From Fistulifera solaris (Eukaryota), in NCBI GenBank assembly GCA_030295235.1, contig AP026124.1, positions 1,612,001 to 1,676,000 on the forward strand: DNA of 64,000 nt. The letters run 5' to 3'. This document shows positions 36,236-48,200 of the stretch, one piece after another. The notes under the pieces are model-generated. The model did no database searches, had not been told where the DNA came from, and saw only the letters and a list, made by a program, of their open reading frames with translations. A program made the translations under genes and the position numbers. Position 1 is the first letter of the stretch, and each line of letters begins with the position of its first letter.

Positions 36236-36286
36236 TAATGTGAGGATCGAATTGTAACTTGCAGCGTTACTTTGCTTTATTTTGCA

Positions 36287-36700
36287 GAATCAGATGTAGG
36301 CTATTGCACCAGATGTAGGCTATTGCATTGGTAGGAAGACAAGCAGAACTCATCAACACTGCAGAATGAAGCAAGGTTAGATGATGGCAGTCCGTGTCAA
36401 AAGAACATTGATTCATGACTGAAAAGGTGTCGGGGTCACGTCAAGATAACACTTCGGGTTTATAGTAAATGCGGAAGAGAACAATCTAAGATCTAAGAGG
36501 CTTTTCGGCATCAGGAACGCATTGAAAAATCAGATGTTAGCTATTCTTTTGGTAGAAGGACAAACAGAGCTTATCGACCTTGGAGAATGAACGTAGGTTA
36601 GACGGCAGTCCGACTCAAAAGAATATTGATTCGTGACTGAAAAGCTGTCGGGGTCACGTCAAGACAACACTCCATGTCTATGGTCAACACTACTATGTTC
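36287..36700. repeat. Diverged tandem duplication (~218-bp period) downstream of kinase 1, plus a 19-bp-period duplication at 36291-36327
   Basis: CAGATGT.GCTATT...GGCAGTCCG..TCAAAAGAA.ATTGATTCRTGACTGAAAAG.TGTCGGGGTCACGTCAAGA.AACAC occurs at 36310-36460 and 36530-36680. Confidence 0.85.
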
Positions 36701-37396
36701 CCTAAATAATACGTACAATTTAAAGAGAAAAAGAGCTCTAGTTCTACCTTAAAGGAACGACAAGTCTCGCTATTTTTCAAGGATGATTTGTCGCGAAATC
36801 GACCTGAAAACGGATGATGCCGAATGTCTTTATATCCGGGGTCTCATCTGTCGATGAATTTCCCTATAGGGGTGTACGCTAAGTGCACGTAGACGTTCGC
36901 AGCAACTGTTGTCTTTTTCATTGTTTTGGGTACCTGGTACTCCAATCAATGTCGAAACTTGCCCATGGTCTGTATGTACGAATGTTGAGGAATGACACGA
37001 TAAAATTTGACGGTCTGTTTGAGAATTGATGAGTTCAAATTCGATAAATTCCTGTTGCTACCTCCATCAATAAAATTCCTACGGAGCCTACGAAAATTTC
37101 ATGTAGACATTGGAAGCGTTGTATCTTCGCCCATTATAATGCTTTGATCTGGAATTAGTTGTGAAGGTCAAATAGTGCGAAGTATCGATGTTGGTTCATG
37201 GTTTTATGGCATTGCAGTCAAACATCCCGAAAAACGGATGATGTCGAGTCGAAATGTAGAATATCCGGGTACCCCCGATGTCGATGAAACTGTTGCTAGT
37301 TTTGTCCCCCAATAATACTTTTGCAAAGCGCCTCTGCCCCTTGGGGACGAGACAATCTGGTGGTTTCCTTCATGTATTACAGAAACAACAATCATC

Positions 37397-38692
37397 ATGG
37401 ACTTGTACTATAACAATGTCCGCAAACTGAGTGAGGAAGAGCTCCAGCAAGCGTTTCTCCGTAATGCATCGGTCTCGTATTCCATCCTTGAAATGCATCC
37501 GCCCAGCAAGCCAATGAAGTTCGAACCAGCTCGCGTAGGAGAGGCAGAAAGGGTAGATGCCCAAGTGCTGAATCCACACACGGGAGAAATATTACACGTA
37601 TCGAATATTGTTTACGAAAAACGCCACGATGGATTTCCCCCTCAACGCGCCTACGGTGTGGGCAGAAAATTGATGGAAGCAATTTATGGATGTATTCGCA
37701 TCTGCACCATTTTCGAAATCCGCAATGACATGCAAGCACCTTTTTCCGTCACTGAAATGAAAGCTGCCGTGAAAGTTCTTTCTTGGGAAAAGATCCGTTC
37801 GTTGAATCATGCCGAAAATCCTATCAATGAAGTGGCTGCCTTACAACATGTCAGTCAGAATCCACATGAGAATGTAATGAGCGCCCTGGACGTATTACAA
37901 GACGAGGAATACCTTTTAATTTTCATGCCCTACTATTCTTCTGGAAGTTTATATGATTTTGTTTCGCGTGCTGGGTATTTTCCCGAGCGTGTGGCGAGAT
38001 ATTGGTTCACCCAAATTTTGGAGGTACGAGCACCGCGTTGGTAGAATGTGTGTCATGTCGAGAACTGCTTCTCAATAGTACAATCATTTTTTCGCTTGCA
38101 GGGTATATCGCATTTGCAGAGACTTGGGATATGTCACCGCGACGTATCTTTGGAGAACATTTGCATCGATGACTATACGAATTCGGCGATTATCGACCTG
38201 GGCATGTGTTTGCGCATTCCTTATATAAATGAGAGCTCGGGAGGTGATGTGGATGTCACTAGCGGAGCATTACGGAGACTCATGACAGCTGCTGGAACGT
38301 GCGGGAAAATTTGGTACATGTCTCCTGAAATTATCCGCAACGATGACATGTTCGATGGGTTTGCGGTAGATCTTTGGGGCGCCGCTATTATTTTGTTTAT
38401 TATGTTGACCGGTCGGCCACCCTGGCCGTTTGCTAGTCGACAGGCTGCTGAATTCCGCGTTGTTGCAATTGATCCAATTCCTGATTATCCCAATGCAAAC
38501 TATGGCATTGGTCGGCTTTTACGAGAAATGGGTAAAGACATTTCACCGCAGGCATCTGATCTACTGCAAAGAATGCTAAGAAACAATCCACGCGAGCGGC
38601 TTTCTCTTCTTGAAGTTTTACAACACCCTTGGCTTCAAGAGGAGTCGGAGCATGAACCAATGGCAGACCCAGACGATGAATGGAGAAGATGA
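37397..38692 (+). CDS. Ser/Thr protein kinase (CAMK-like), copy 2, tandem paralog; intron 38024-38101
   Basis: Same motifs and same intron position as copy 1 (ARYWF.QIL|G): CHRDVSLEN, IDLGMC, CGKIWYMSPE. Confidence 0.9.
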
Positions 38693-38750
38693 GAGCACCC
38701 GGTAGATCATAGCAAATATGATTTGTAGTTAAGTAATCATGTGTTTTATT

Positions 38751-39299
38751 TTACGGCCCGAACAAACTCCAGTTTCGTATGCAAAAGCTCGCTAAGATTT
38801 CTAGGAACTGCAGTGATGGTTTCGTCCCATTTCCGTCTCCTTGAGGATTACTTGCCGCCGGTGATGTCAAAGTGATAAGGATGTCGGTAGAAACGGTGGG
38901 CAATCGGATCGCACACAGATCAACGTTGATCCAAATCGGATTTGAAGGCTGTGAAATACGTTCGCGGCCTTGAATAATGCGTTGCGATCCGCTACCAGTG
39001 CAGAGAACTGCCGTCGGCGGCAACGAAGCAATGACTGGAGAAGGGTCGCTCGGTGCGAACGAAACATCTTGCGGATTGATTACACCATTCGATTCTGCCA
39101 AATCTTGAAAAAAGTAATGGGCTGCTTGATCATCATTTATGTCGGCCTGATAGTCAAGAATTTCAATGACCAGTAATTTTCCTTGATCATCTTGCCAACA
39201 TTCTTGATGATCGGGCACCTGTCGAATATCCGAAACGTCTCGCCATCCCTCGGGAATTCTGCACTCGATACTTCCACCGAAGAGCTGTCGAAGGACCAT
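38751..39299 (-). CDS. MOG1: Ran guanine nucleotide release factor Mog1
   Basis: LFGGSI...P..W.DVSDIRQVPDHQE, LVIEIL, A.YFFQDLA, IRLP.VSTDILIT, NWSLFG. Confidence 0.9.
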   Translation of the reverse strand: MVLRQLFGGSIECRIPEGWRDVSDIRQVPDHQECWQDDQGKLLVIEILDYQADINDDQAAHYFFQDLAESNGVINPQDVSFAPSDPSPVIASLPPTAVLCTGSGSQRIIQGRERISQPSNPIWINVDLCAIRLPTVSTDILITLTSPAASNPQGDGNGTKPSLQFLEILASFCIRNWSLFGP

Positions 39300-39410
39300 T
39301 AGCTTATACTTCTTAATGATCGAAACGAAAGCAGTTAGTAGATGTCAAAGGTGCGGTTGTGCTCACTAGAGACTTACTGTATTATCATCAATCGTCATTG
39401 TCGCGATCGA

Positions 39411-39685
39411 AAAAATCATGATTCGTGACTGAGATGCAGTCGGGAAAAGAACGCCTACACCTTGCGCTTATAGAAAGAAAAACAAGAATACTTTCCGCAG
39501 AGATTTTCAGCGTAAAGAATGAAGGCGTCCATTTGCAAATGGTGCTGAAGTAATTTGTATCACAATACAGACAAATAGACCTCATCAAGCAAGAAAAACG
39601 AACACGGGTTTGGTTGTAATCTGGGACCTAAAAATCATGATTCATAACTGAAATACAGTCGTGATAAACATTTAGTCGACACACT
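39411..39685. repeat. Diverged two-copy repeat (~219-bp period) related to the 36.3-36.7 kb repeat
   Basis: AAAAATCATGATTC(G/A)T(G/A)ACTGA(G/A)AT(G/A)CAGTCG at 39411 and 39630. Confidence 0.7.
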
Positions 39686-39792
39686 TGATCCAAGGCAGAT
39701 GCTACACATTCTTGATAAAACAAATATTGTTTTGAACCAAAGACTTTGAAGAATCGCATAGTGGTTCCGCGTTGGTGAATAATGGATTTTTA

Positions 39793-40731
39793 TTATGCAA
39801 CCAAAATCCGCTTTAGTTCCTCTGCTCTAGCCTTTGCGATCTGAGCCACAAGAGCCAAGTCCTTTGTTCTCAGCGAACAAATACTGTTATTTTCGCCAAA
39901 TGATGGACAGAAATCCAAAAGAAGAATCTGTTCTGGCGCGTGACCATCGACGACCATGGTTATCATTGTCGACATTAAACATTCTTCGGCTGAGCTGGGA
40001 TCTACTAACCAATTCCGCCTCTTATCATCTACTTCCGAAGTTTCGTTACAATATAATCCGATAGTAACCGGGAGTGGTAGTAACGGAAATCGCATTTTAT
40101 GCTGCGTTTCTCCGCGCTCCGAACATCGACACCACGTGGTAACGCTACCTTCCTTCTTTCGCTCAAAGTCGTAGCCTTTTGGTTGCCACCATATTCTTCC
40201 CGTCTTTTCGTCCAACGAGATTCCATGTTCACGACATGGAATTCTTGTATCCATAAGGGCAGCAATACAAGCCAACAGAGCAGCGTCACCGACATTCCCA
40301 GCATTTTGTAAAATTTTCACCGTCACGACGAGACCAATCGCGGCCTTCGCCGGGACAAGAAGCAATGGATGATAATGATTTTGCTCACCCGTATTTATCA
40401 AATCTTCCTGTGCTTCCTGGACGCAAACATCCAGGGTACGCTGAAGGTAAGACTGCAAAACTGAGATGTTGATCGAATCATCCTCCTTGAAAGAAGAGAC
40501 AGTGACATCAATGTCACCCCTACCAGCCGAAAACGCTGCTGTACACCTTGGTTGGCCAACTTGTAACGTTACTGCTGCGAGAATGGACGTTGATTCGTCT
40601 TGGCTTTCGTCGTTGCGGAATGATATCAAAGCAGAACCAGAGGCATGTTTGGATAGAATTCCCTGCTGGATAGTTGTCTTGCGAAACTGAGCGAGAAGTC
40701 TTCCATCAGTGCGTGAGTGACTTTGTAGCAT
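39793..40731 (-). CDS. RNA exosome RNase-PH-like subunit (RRP43/RRP42 type); may have an upstream exon
   Basis: RTDGR...FR......GSAL, GNVGDAALLACIAALMDTRIP, LPVT, LVDPSSAEE. Confidence 0.75.
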   Translation of the reverse strand: MLQSHSRTDGRLLAQFRKTTIQQGILSKHASGSALISFRNDESQDESTSILAAVTLQVGQPRCTAAFSAGRGDIDVTVSSFKEDDSINISVLQSYLQRTLDVCVQEAQEDLINTGEQNHYHPLLLVPAKAAIGLVVTVKILQNAGNVGDAALLACIAALMDTRIPCREHGISLDEKTGRIWWQPKGYDFERKKEGSVTTWCRCSERGETQHKMRFPLLPLPVTIGLYCNETSEVDDKRRNWLVDPSSAEECLMSTMITMVVDGHAPEQILLLDFCPSFGENNSICSLRTKDLALVAQIAKARAEELKRILVA

Positions 40732-41669
40732 ACTTTTCGCTTTTACCTACAACAATTTGTCAGAAATAGAAAACAAAACCATCCCGTCAGACCAATTTGA
40801 TCAACGAACCTTTGGGTCAAGCAGTGTCTCAGCGCCTAACGCGAGATCTCTCCATGATGAGGTAATATCGTTTGACATCTGTGGCGTCCTGATAAGTATT
40901 CTTTCCTTCTTGGTCGGTTCTATCGGCGACGGCGTTCAAAATGGAGTCCCAAGCAACGCATTACTTCCAAGCGATGGGAAAGTCGGTCGAAAGAATGAAA
41001 AACTTGACTGTTCACTATGTTCATCGACGGTCCTTTGATGGTAATTCTGTTACTACGTAGGTTAGACGGAAAGACGGCTTAAGTATTACAACAAGGTTAA
41101 CGGTTAACCTGTTTACAACAAGACGGTTTCATTACTGTTATTTCCTTGTTTCATCATGCTCTCGACGAATAATTATGTAACAGCCAGCTGTCGCCGACAT
41201 TCGTCATGGGTTGTCTTCCTACCGCACTACTGCTAATCGTCACAGTACAAAACCCGCGCTCGGTCAAAGAATTTCAAATCCTTCAAGTCGGAATCTTATT
41301 CGCTGTTTTGTTGTCAGGCGACGCCATCCACCTTGAAGCATGACAAAGAACATTTTCTTGTTACAACAATTGCCTCATCAATACAAAGTTTACTTTTGCC
41401 TAATTGATTAACCAAATTGAAATTTGAGCGAAGACATTTTAACCTACTGGTAAGTCGAAGACGAAAGCAGAGACAGCGGACACTTTTGAAGCTTCAGCGG
41501 TTGCCGCTCTGGCTCTGTGGGGAGAAGGATTCGTTAAGCACAACAGATGTAAGCGGAGGGTCTTGACGAAAGGGAACAGAAATGTTTATTTGTGCAAGGT
41601 ATTTGAATTATTTGTGACAATGCTTCCTTATCAATGTTATTTGTAGGTAATTATTTGAACCGATAAGCC

Positions 41670-43190
41670 ATGTCAAACTACTCGAAGAGAAAGTGCCGTG
41701 TGGGTGAAGCAGATGGAGGTAAATCGCCCTATACTGAAAGAAACTTCTCGTCTTCCAGTCGTGAAAGTCAAAGGAAGAGCGATTCTCCTCCGCTTGATGT
41801 CATAGTCATCCGGCGGGAAGAACTGGGTACTCGTGACATGAAAATGAAACCAAAGCTATCTTCTGTAAGCGTGGAAATGTCGACGTCGCCATTTCAGCTC
41901 AAACCAAGGAAAAGTCTGAGAAGCGCGGGTTCGCAAGGAAGAAAACGATCATCTTCCTCTATAAGCCCGGGTATGTTTTCAACCGGGGATTCCATAAATG
42001 ATGTAGACGCTTGTGGGGGAGCGCCTGACACCGCTCGCTCCCTGAAAGCTTTCTCCTTTCAAGACTCCTCTCACTGTTTGGAATCCCCCGGGGGATTCAG
42101 TAACACCCTCTTAAACCTCAATGCTTTGTCGCTTGGGACACCTGAACAGGCCAGGATCTCGTTGTTCAACGTTCGTGCCGCAGGATGTCCCAGTCCCCCG
42201 GCTTTTCTTGACGACGGCTTAGCGCACAAGCGATTATTAGCAAAGACGTCTTTTACCAGGTACAGTGGGTCCCCAGCCGTTGATACGTTGCCTTCTAGCC
42301 CCTTAGATAGCGCAACACGATTACGCCCACCAGTGACAATGGGCTCCCCGGATGGATCGGCGTTTTCGTCTCCGAAGCCCACTTCATGTACTTTGTTGGG
42401 TCATGGTGGTCGTAGCTTCTCGACTCCGACGTCCGTCGAACACAGGATATTTTCACAGTCAAAATCAGTTCCCAGAGTAGTCGACGAGCAAGACAATTTA
42501 TTGTTGTCACAGAGTAACGGGGGAGGAACCAATAGATTAATTGATGGCTCTAGTATGATTGAGGAACATCGTGGCGACAAAGTGATGAGGCCCTCTGGAA
42601 CTCATCACAAGAGCAAAAGGTCACCAGGGCAAATCCTGCCGCAAGTATATTTGACTCCAAGAAGCAGTGGTATCCTCATATCTTCCCTAACTCGGTTCCC
42701 TTCTCCGCCAAAGAATGATGAAATGAGTTTCTCTTTCTTTTCGTCGGCAAGTGAACGTGAGGGCACATCCTACATGAAAGATATAAATGATGAGAAGGAT
42801 TTGCATCAGGAAGCCAAGCCCCATTCGCTTACACAGGACACTGCTTGTTCTACTTTAGGCGAAGAGCACGATCTTATTTACCTGCCTGACATATCACGAG
42901 GAATGAAACACGAGTTTTCCGTGGAATATTCCCTGGGACGCTGCAAAAGTCAATTAAAATCAGGGTCGCGACCACGGTCTCGGTCGCTACTCAATCGATC
43001 TCGGTCAAATAGTCCTATTCTTGCAGAACTATCGTCTGCTGATTACGGCCGCGATGGAAATGAGTCTTTGAGTTGCAGTGACGAAGAGGAAGCGTTCTTT
43101 CTCGTCGCACCTTCGTGTCTAAGATCCAACAAATTTGAGGAGGATCTACCCCATAAGCGAATACGAGATCAGTTTTTGCAAATGAAGTAG
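41670..43190 (+). CDS. Ser/Pro-rich low-complexity, probably disordered protein of unknown function; true 3' end may lie further downstream
   Basis: 506-aa open frame with many SP/TP motifs and no recognisable domain. Confidence 0.55.
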   Translation: MSNYSKRKCRVGEADGGKSPYTERNFSSSSRESQRKSDSPPLDVIVIRREELGTRDMKMKPKLSSVSVEMSTSPFQLKPRKSLRSAGSQGRKRSSSSISPGMFSTGDSINDVDACGGAPDTARSLKAFSFQDSSHCLESPGGFSNTLLNLNALSLGTPEQARISLFNVRAAGCPSPPAFLDDGLAHKRLLAKTSFTRYSGSPAVDTLPSSPLDSATRLRPPVTMGSPDGSAFSSPKPTSCTLLGHGGRSFSTPTSVEHRIFSQSKSVPRVVDEQDNLLLSQSNGGGTNRLIDGSSMIEEHRGDKVMRPSGTHHKSKRSPGQILPQVYLTPRSSGILISSLTRFPSPPKNDEMSFSFFSSASEREGTSYMKDINDEKDLHQEAKPHSLTQDTACSTLGEEHDLIYLPDISRGMKHEFSVEYSLGRCKSQLKSGSRPRSRSLLNRSRSNSPILAELSSADYGRDGNESLSCSDEEEAFFLVAPSCLRSNKFEEDLPHKRIRDQFLQMK

Positions 43191-43777
43191 GAAATTCTTT
43201 TCAACAATCAACGTACGCTGCTCCTGCCAAGGCCTCGTTCGAGGTCAAGCTGGCTCCATCAACCATGTACGATGAAAGCTCAGCTGCAAAGAGAGATTCC
43301 TCAAGTTACGACCAATTATCTCCACCATGCGGGGACACCAATAGTGACCAACTGTCGTACACGTGTGTGTATCAAAAAGCCGAAGCAGGCACATGAACGA
43401 AGGATTCATGACATCCCGTGAACTAATCACGCTTCCCCCAATGAGACCCGAAATTCTACATTTGATTCCGCATTTTTAATTTTGTTATCCATCTTTTATG
43501 CTTGAAATTATAAGTTTTGGTTTTCATGGATCTATTAGTTGTGATGGTCGGATGAGGATGGGAATAGCCAATGGATTGATATTCTGCAAGGGAAGACCGC
43601 AATGAACGATTCATCGCTCTATTAAAGGGCGAAACTATAAGATCTTTGGCATTGAACGTAAAGTTTGAGCTTGTGGTAGAACAAAAAGCAGTTCTAGTTC
43701 CATTTAAAACACTACTATGTTGCAATAAATGGATTCATGCTGACTAATATCGAAACCCACTAAGTTGCACATCATTT

Positions 43778-44512
43778 TTAGGCAGAGAACGCTAGGAAAT
43801 CGGAAAAGGCTTTCTCTAACTTGGCAAGCTTGCCCTCCATGATCTCGACACGACGAGGACTTCTCGGGATTCCATCCTTCTGAGTATTGGCCTGTTCCAA
43901 CTCGGTAATATCCTGCATAATCACTCGAATCAGACGATCCGTTCCACGTTGCGTATCCTCTTCGAAGGCAGTGTTCACCGTGTTAAGTGTATCACGAAGA
44001 TCAGCGAAATCCAAGTCCTTGATTATGGTCTTTCGGACATTGACCTGCGAATCAGCTTTGAGTGCGGCTTGCATGTCTTGGACAGCCGATCGGTAACCCT
44101 TTACTTTTTTCAGGGCCGACTGGACCGCATCCGACTTTAGGATATCTGCGTCAATTTCGGCTGTTTTGGGGTCCAATACTCCGGGGCTACTTCCTTTTCC
44201 AAACTCACCATATTGAGCGGCAAACGCGTCCGATGGGCCCCCGAAAGCAATACCTCCTGTGACGAAGATGGCAGCTGCTTGAGACAAGAATTCGGATCGC
44301 GATGGTTGCTTTGCAAAGAGCTGCGACGGAGCTGGTGGTGAATTTGGAATTAAGGAAGAGAGTCTAATATGAGAGTTGTTGACATTCAACATCAACGTTG
44401 CTTGAATTGTTTGTCTTTCCACTTACCGACGTCGTTCACTTTTTTTGTGGGGGGCAAAGGCCGATGCTGGTTCCGAAACAAGGAGGGCAAGGCAAAGAGT
44501 AGTAAACTTCAT
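43778..44512 (-). CDS. Plastid protein, probably thylakoid-lumen, helical, function unassigned; intron about 44333-44427
   Basis: Exon 1 MKFTTLCLALLVSEPASAFAP (ASAFAP motif), then SRSEFL...hydrophobic...AFA lumen-type signal and a helical mature domain (FEEDTQRGTDRLIR). Confidence 0.75.
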
Positions 44513-45202
44513 CTTCTTCACGCTTCAAGGGTAGCAAATGTTAGCTTCGTGGGTCAATGGCGAGTCGATCGCTTGGTGTCTTTGGTCTTCGTTAATAGCA
44601 ACAGCTGTCACCAATACTTTGTCGACAAAATAATAAGATCCGCATCGTCGTCCTTCTGCCTTCTGACTCGTTGACACCCCGTCATAGCTTCGGCTTTTGA
44701 CGACGTGCGTGTTAAACTCGTAAGGCGTGAATGAAAATATCCGGGACTGATCGACCGCCTAGCATAAAGTCCCCGGTACCTGGTGGTCTTATCGGTAATC
44801 GATACCTATTGCCAATAAAGTCACTGTTCCTTATCATGTACCAGGTAGGGATCACTACTTTAATGACTCTCAATGTCAAGCGGATTGTGCTTTTTGTGGC
44901 GTGCTTCGAAACCGTTCCTCTTTCCTTGTTCCGCGTTGCGGCGGTATTTGGCTACAAGTGTTCATAAGAACAATTCATTGTGAAAGGCGGTTGACTCTGC
45001 AATTTGAAATTGAAGAAAAAAGGATTTTGCATCTGCTCATTGTAGATTGCAAGGCCGTTCTTGAACTCATCACTTATCAATCAATAAAAAAGGTCCGTGG
45101 TAAAGTTTCATTAAAATACCTCGGACTTCAATCGTTTACAGCCGGCGCTACCTTTGATGACTCTTCGTTTACCAAGTCTTCTTGCGTTGATCTGAAGCGG
45201 CT

Positions 45203-48200
45203 ATGTCAAAGCCACGGCCTATTCCTCTTACACGTCCCTTGAGGTCGACACCGGATGAAGCGGAGCCATCCTTTTCGTTCGAAGAAGAGTCCTATTTATC
45301 CAACCGAGCCGTCGACTACGAAGACGATTTTCATCGTCGTCTGACTACTTCGGGCACTCGTCGCGAAGAAAGTGGTGGGAGCAGCTTTTGGAGAGCGTCG
45401 AGTGTGAATAATGTTGCCGCTACTCCTTCTTTCAATAGTGTTCATCTTCGGGGGAAAAGCGACATGAATGTGAAAGAACGCAAACCAAACGTGATACCGG
45501 CCCCAGCAACGCCCCAACCGGTTGCGAGAATGTCGAGTGCCGAAAGTCTAACTTCAAGTAGTAATGTACGTAAATCAATTAAGTCGGTGTTGGTTCTGTG
45601 GATGGCGCTCATTTGACTATTCTTTCTTGCCAATTTCTTTCTCTTTGCAGTGGCCGGATCGACGAGATTCAAGTTTGTCCGCAAATTCATCTACCTCTCA
45701 CAAGCACAAGAAAGATGTCACACGACAAAGAGCTGCGGATCGACGTTTGAAATTGGATGCTCAGGGATCAACGCTAGACGCGGGACACATCGTCGACAAT
45801 GACGCCAGCTTCTCGTTTCAACTTCCGAACTTTGCGCAAATGGTCCATGCAACGAGTCTGGATCGGTCATCGAGTGATCAATCGACTGGGTCGCTGCTTT
45901 ATGGAAAATCTCCAAGTGGCTCTCTTATTGGAAAGTCTTCGTCGCTCATATTTCCAACTGGTCTCAATACGAATGGCGACAACGACAACGAAGCAGCAAA
46001 GGCAAAAAGACGCAGAATTAATTTGGCACTCGATCAATGTGAGGCTGTACGATTTCCATTCAAGAAGAAACTGATCTTGACGAATCTAGATCTCTCGGCT
46101 GCTGACATACCGTTGAAGGACTTGTGCGGAACATCGTTGGGCAATACATTGTATAAGTTATCGCTATCGGGAAATAGGCTCGGAACGGTCCCCGCGCGCT
46201 TGGTACAAAATCTTCCTGTTTTGAAGCATCTTGATCTTTTCGCAATGCGAGTTGAGTCAGCTGCCGGAAAAATGGAATCTCCCTAAGCTGTCGCAACTCA
46301 ATTTGAGCCACAACGGTTTCACTGAGTTTCCCGATGAGGTACGTAGTTGATGAAGTCAAACGTTGTCGGTTGTATTTGGACACAATCTCAATAATCCGCA
46401 TTATTTGTAACAGATGATGCTGGCTGGGCTTCCCGAGCTGCAGGAGCTGAATATGTACGCTAACAAAGTTGCGGAAATTATCATACCTGCAAATCCGAAA
46501 TTACTGTCCAAGCTAGAAAAGCTTGACCTTGGATACAACGATCTTGTAAGCATACCACCAGAGCTTGACCAGCTGAAATCATTGAAAGTCCTTCGCGTCA
46601 TGAACAACTTTTTAGCCAAAGTTCCAATGCGAGTTTGTGAAATGGACTTGAAAAGCATTGATGTTTCTAGTAATCCTATTACAGAACCGCCTGCTGAAAC
46701 ATGCGAACGCGGTATCTGCTCAATGAGACGATATTGGCATTGTATCCGCATGGAAGAACAATCAAAGCAAAAGGCCGTGGAAGAGGCATCTAAGAAGTTA
46801 CAAAGACAATCGAAGAAGCGGGAAACCAAGAAGAAGTACGGCGGGCTTGGTTTAATGTTTCAGGGAAAATCGAAAGCAAAGGTTCCGGAGAGCGATTCTT
46901 CTGTGCATTCGCATACTTCGCCGTCCGTTATCAAACGAAAGCAAATAGAATCTTCTGTGTCCTTTCGATTGGAGGACGAGTTTCAGTCTAAGTCTATGTT
47001 GGGGATGGGTAGTGACGAAAACATTGAAGGCGCAGATAACGATACCTCATCTGAGAGGGCCACAATCTGGTCATCTGATGTTGGTAAAGAGGAGCCTGAA
47101 GAACACGATCGCATTACTGTCAACGACACGCTGAAGGTTATCTTTGTTGGTAAGTAATGAGACTGTGCGATGATTCCTTTTTCGCGTTTTCTCTGCTAAT
47201 CATATGGTTACGATTTTAGGCATGGCCATGGCAGGCAAAACATCGATGATAAAGCGCTTGATTGAGGGGACAGATGCCATTATTCCTACACGGGACGAAC
47301 GCACAATTGGGGTCGATATTTATCAGTGGAATCCAAAGGATGATGCTCGTTTTGAGCACATTGATTCTCGCATCGAATTTCAAGATCAAGAGTTATCCCA
47401 AACATGTGGTGATATTGATGTGAAATTTAGTGTTTGGGATTTCGCAGGTATGTAAAACCATCCGAAAGTTGAATACAATCATTACTTACTTAGGCTGCGT
47501 CGCTGACGGACTTCACTTAAACAAACGTTCACAGGTCAGCACGTATACCATGCAACTCACGAGCTTTTCTTCTCATCAAGAGCTCTATACGTTCTTGTGT
47601 GGGATATGGGTGTGGGCAATCCGGCTACACAGAAAAGCCAGAGAGCTGCCAACGACAGTGGTGCCTTTTCATTGTACGACTCTGACGAAGAGGACGACGA
47701 AGACGATCTCAGAGCAGAAGAAGAAGCTCGTGGTGCTGATAGAGCTTTGGAGCACGATATCGACGAAAAGGTTCAATTTTGGATCGACTCTATACAATCA
47801 TCGGCTCCTGGAGCAGCTATTCTTCCTGTGGCTTCATATGCTGATTATTTTGGAAATGAGTTAGAACACGAGGCGAAGCGTCGTTGTAATATCTTAAAAC
47901 AGCGCCTATTAAAGCACGAAGAGAGAAGAATTAAAGGTCTGAAGGAGCGCTACAAAGATTACATCGACCAGAACCGTGCAGATGATCCGGCTGCGATTCG
48001 CTTGCGCAAGCTACTTTGCCCTTTATCAGGCCGAAACTTATTTTTGGTGACAACGATGACAACAGTGTTGTTCGCGTAAGCGGGACGAAATATACTGGAT
48101 TTGATGTGTTGACTGAGAGAATTATCAGCATTGCAACAGGGCGCTACAAAGTCCAAAAGTTTCCTATTTTTCACGGTCATGTCGGTGCCAGAATTCCTCG

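Noticed and set aside
43778..44512. Assignment as PsbQ' or Psb31
   Set aside because: The targeting signals fit a lumen protein, but I do not recognise the diagnostic sequence of either family, so it is left unassigned.
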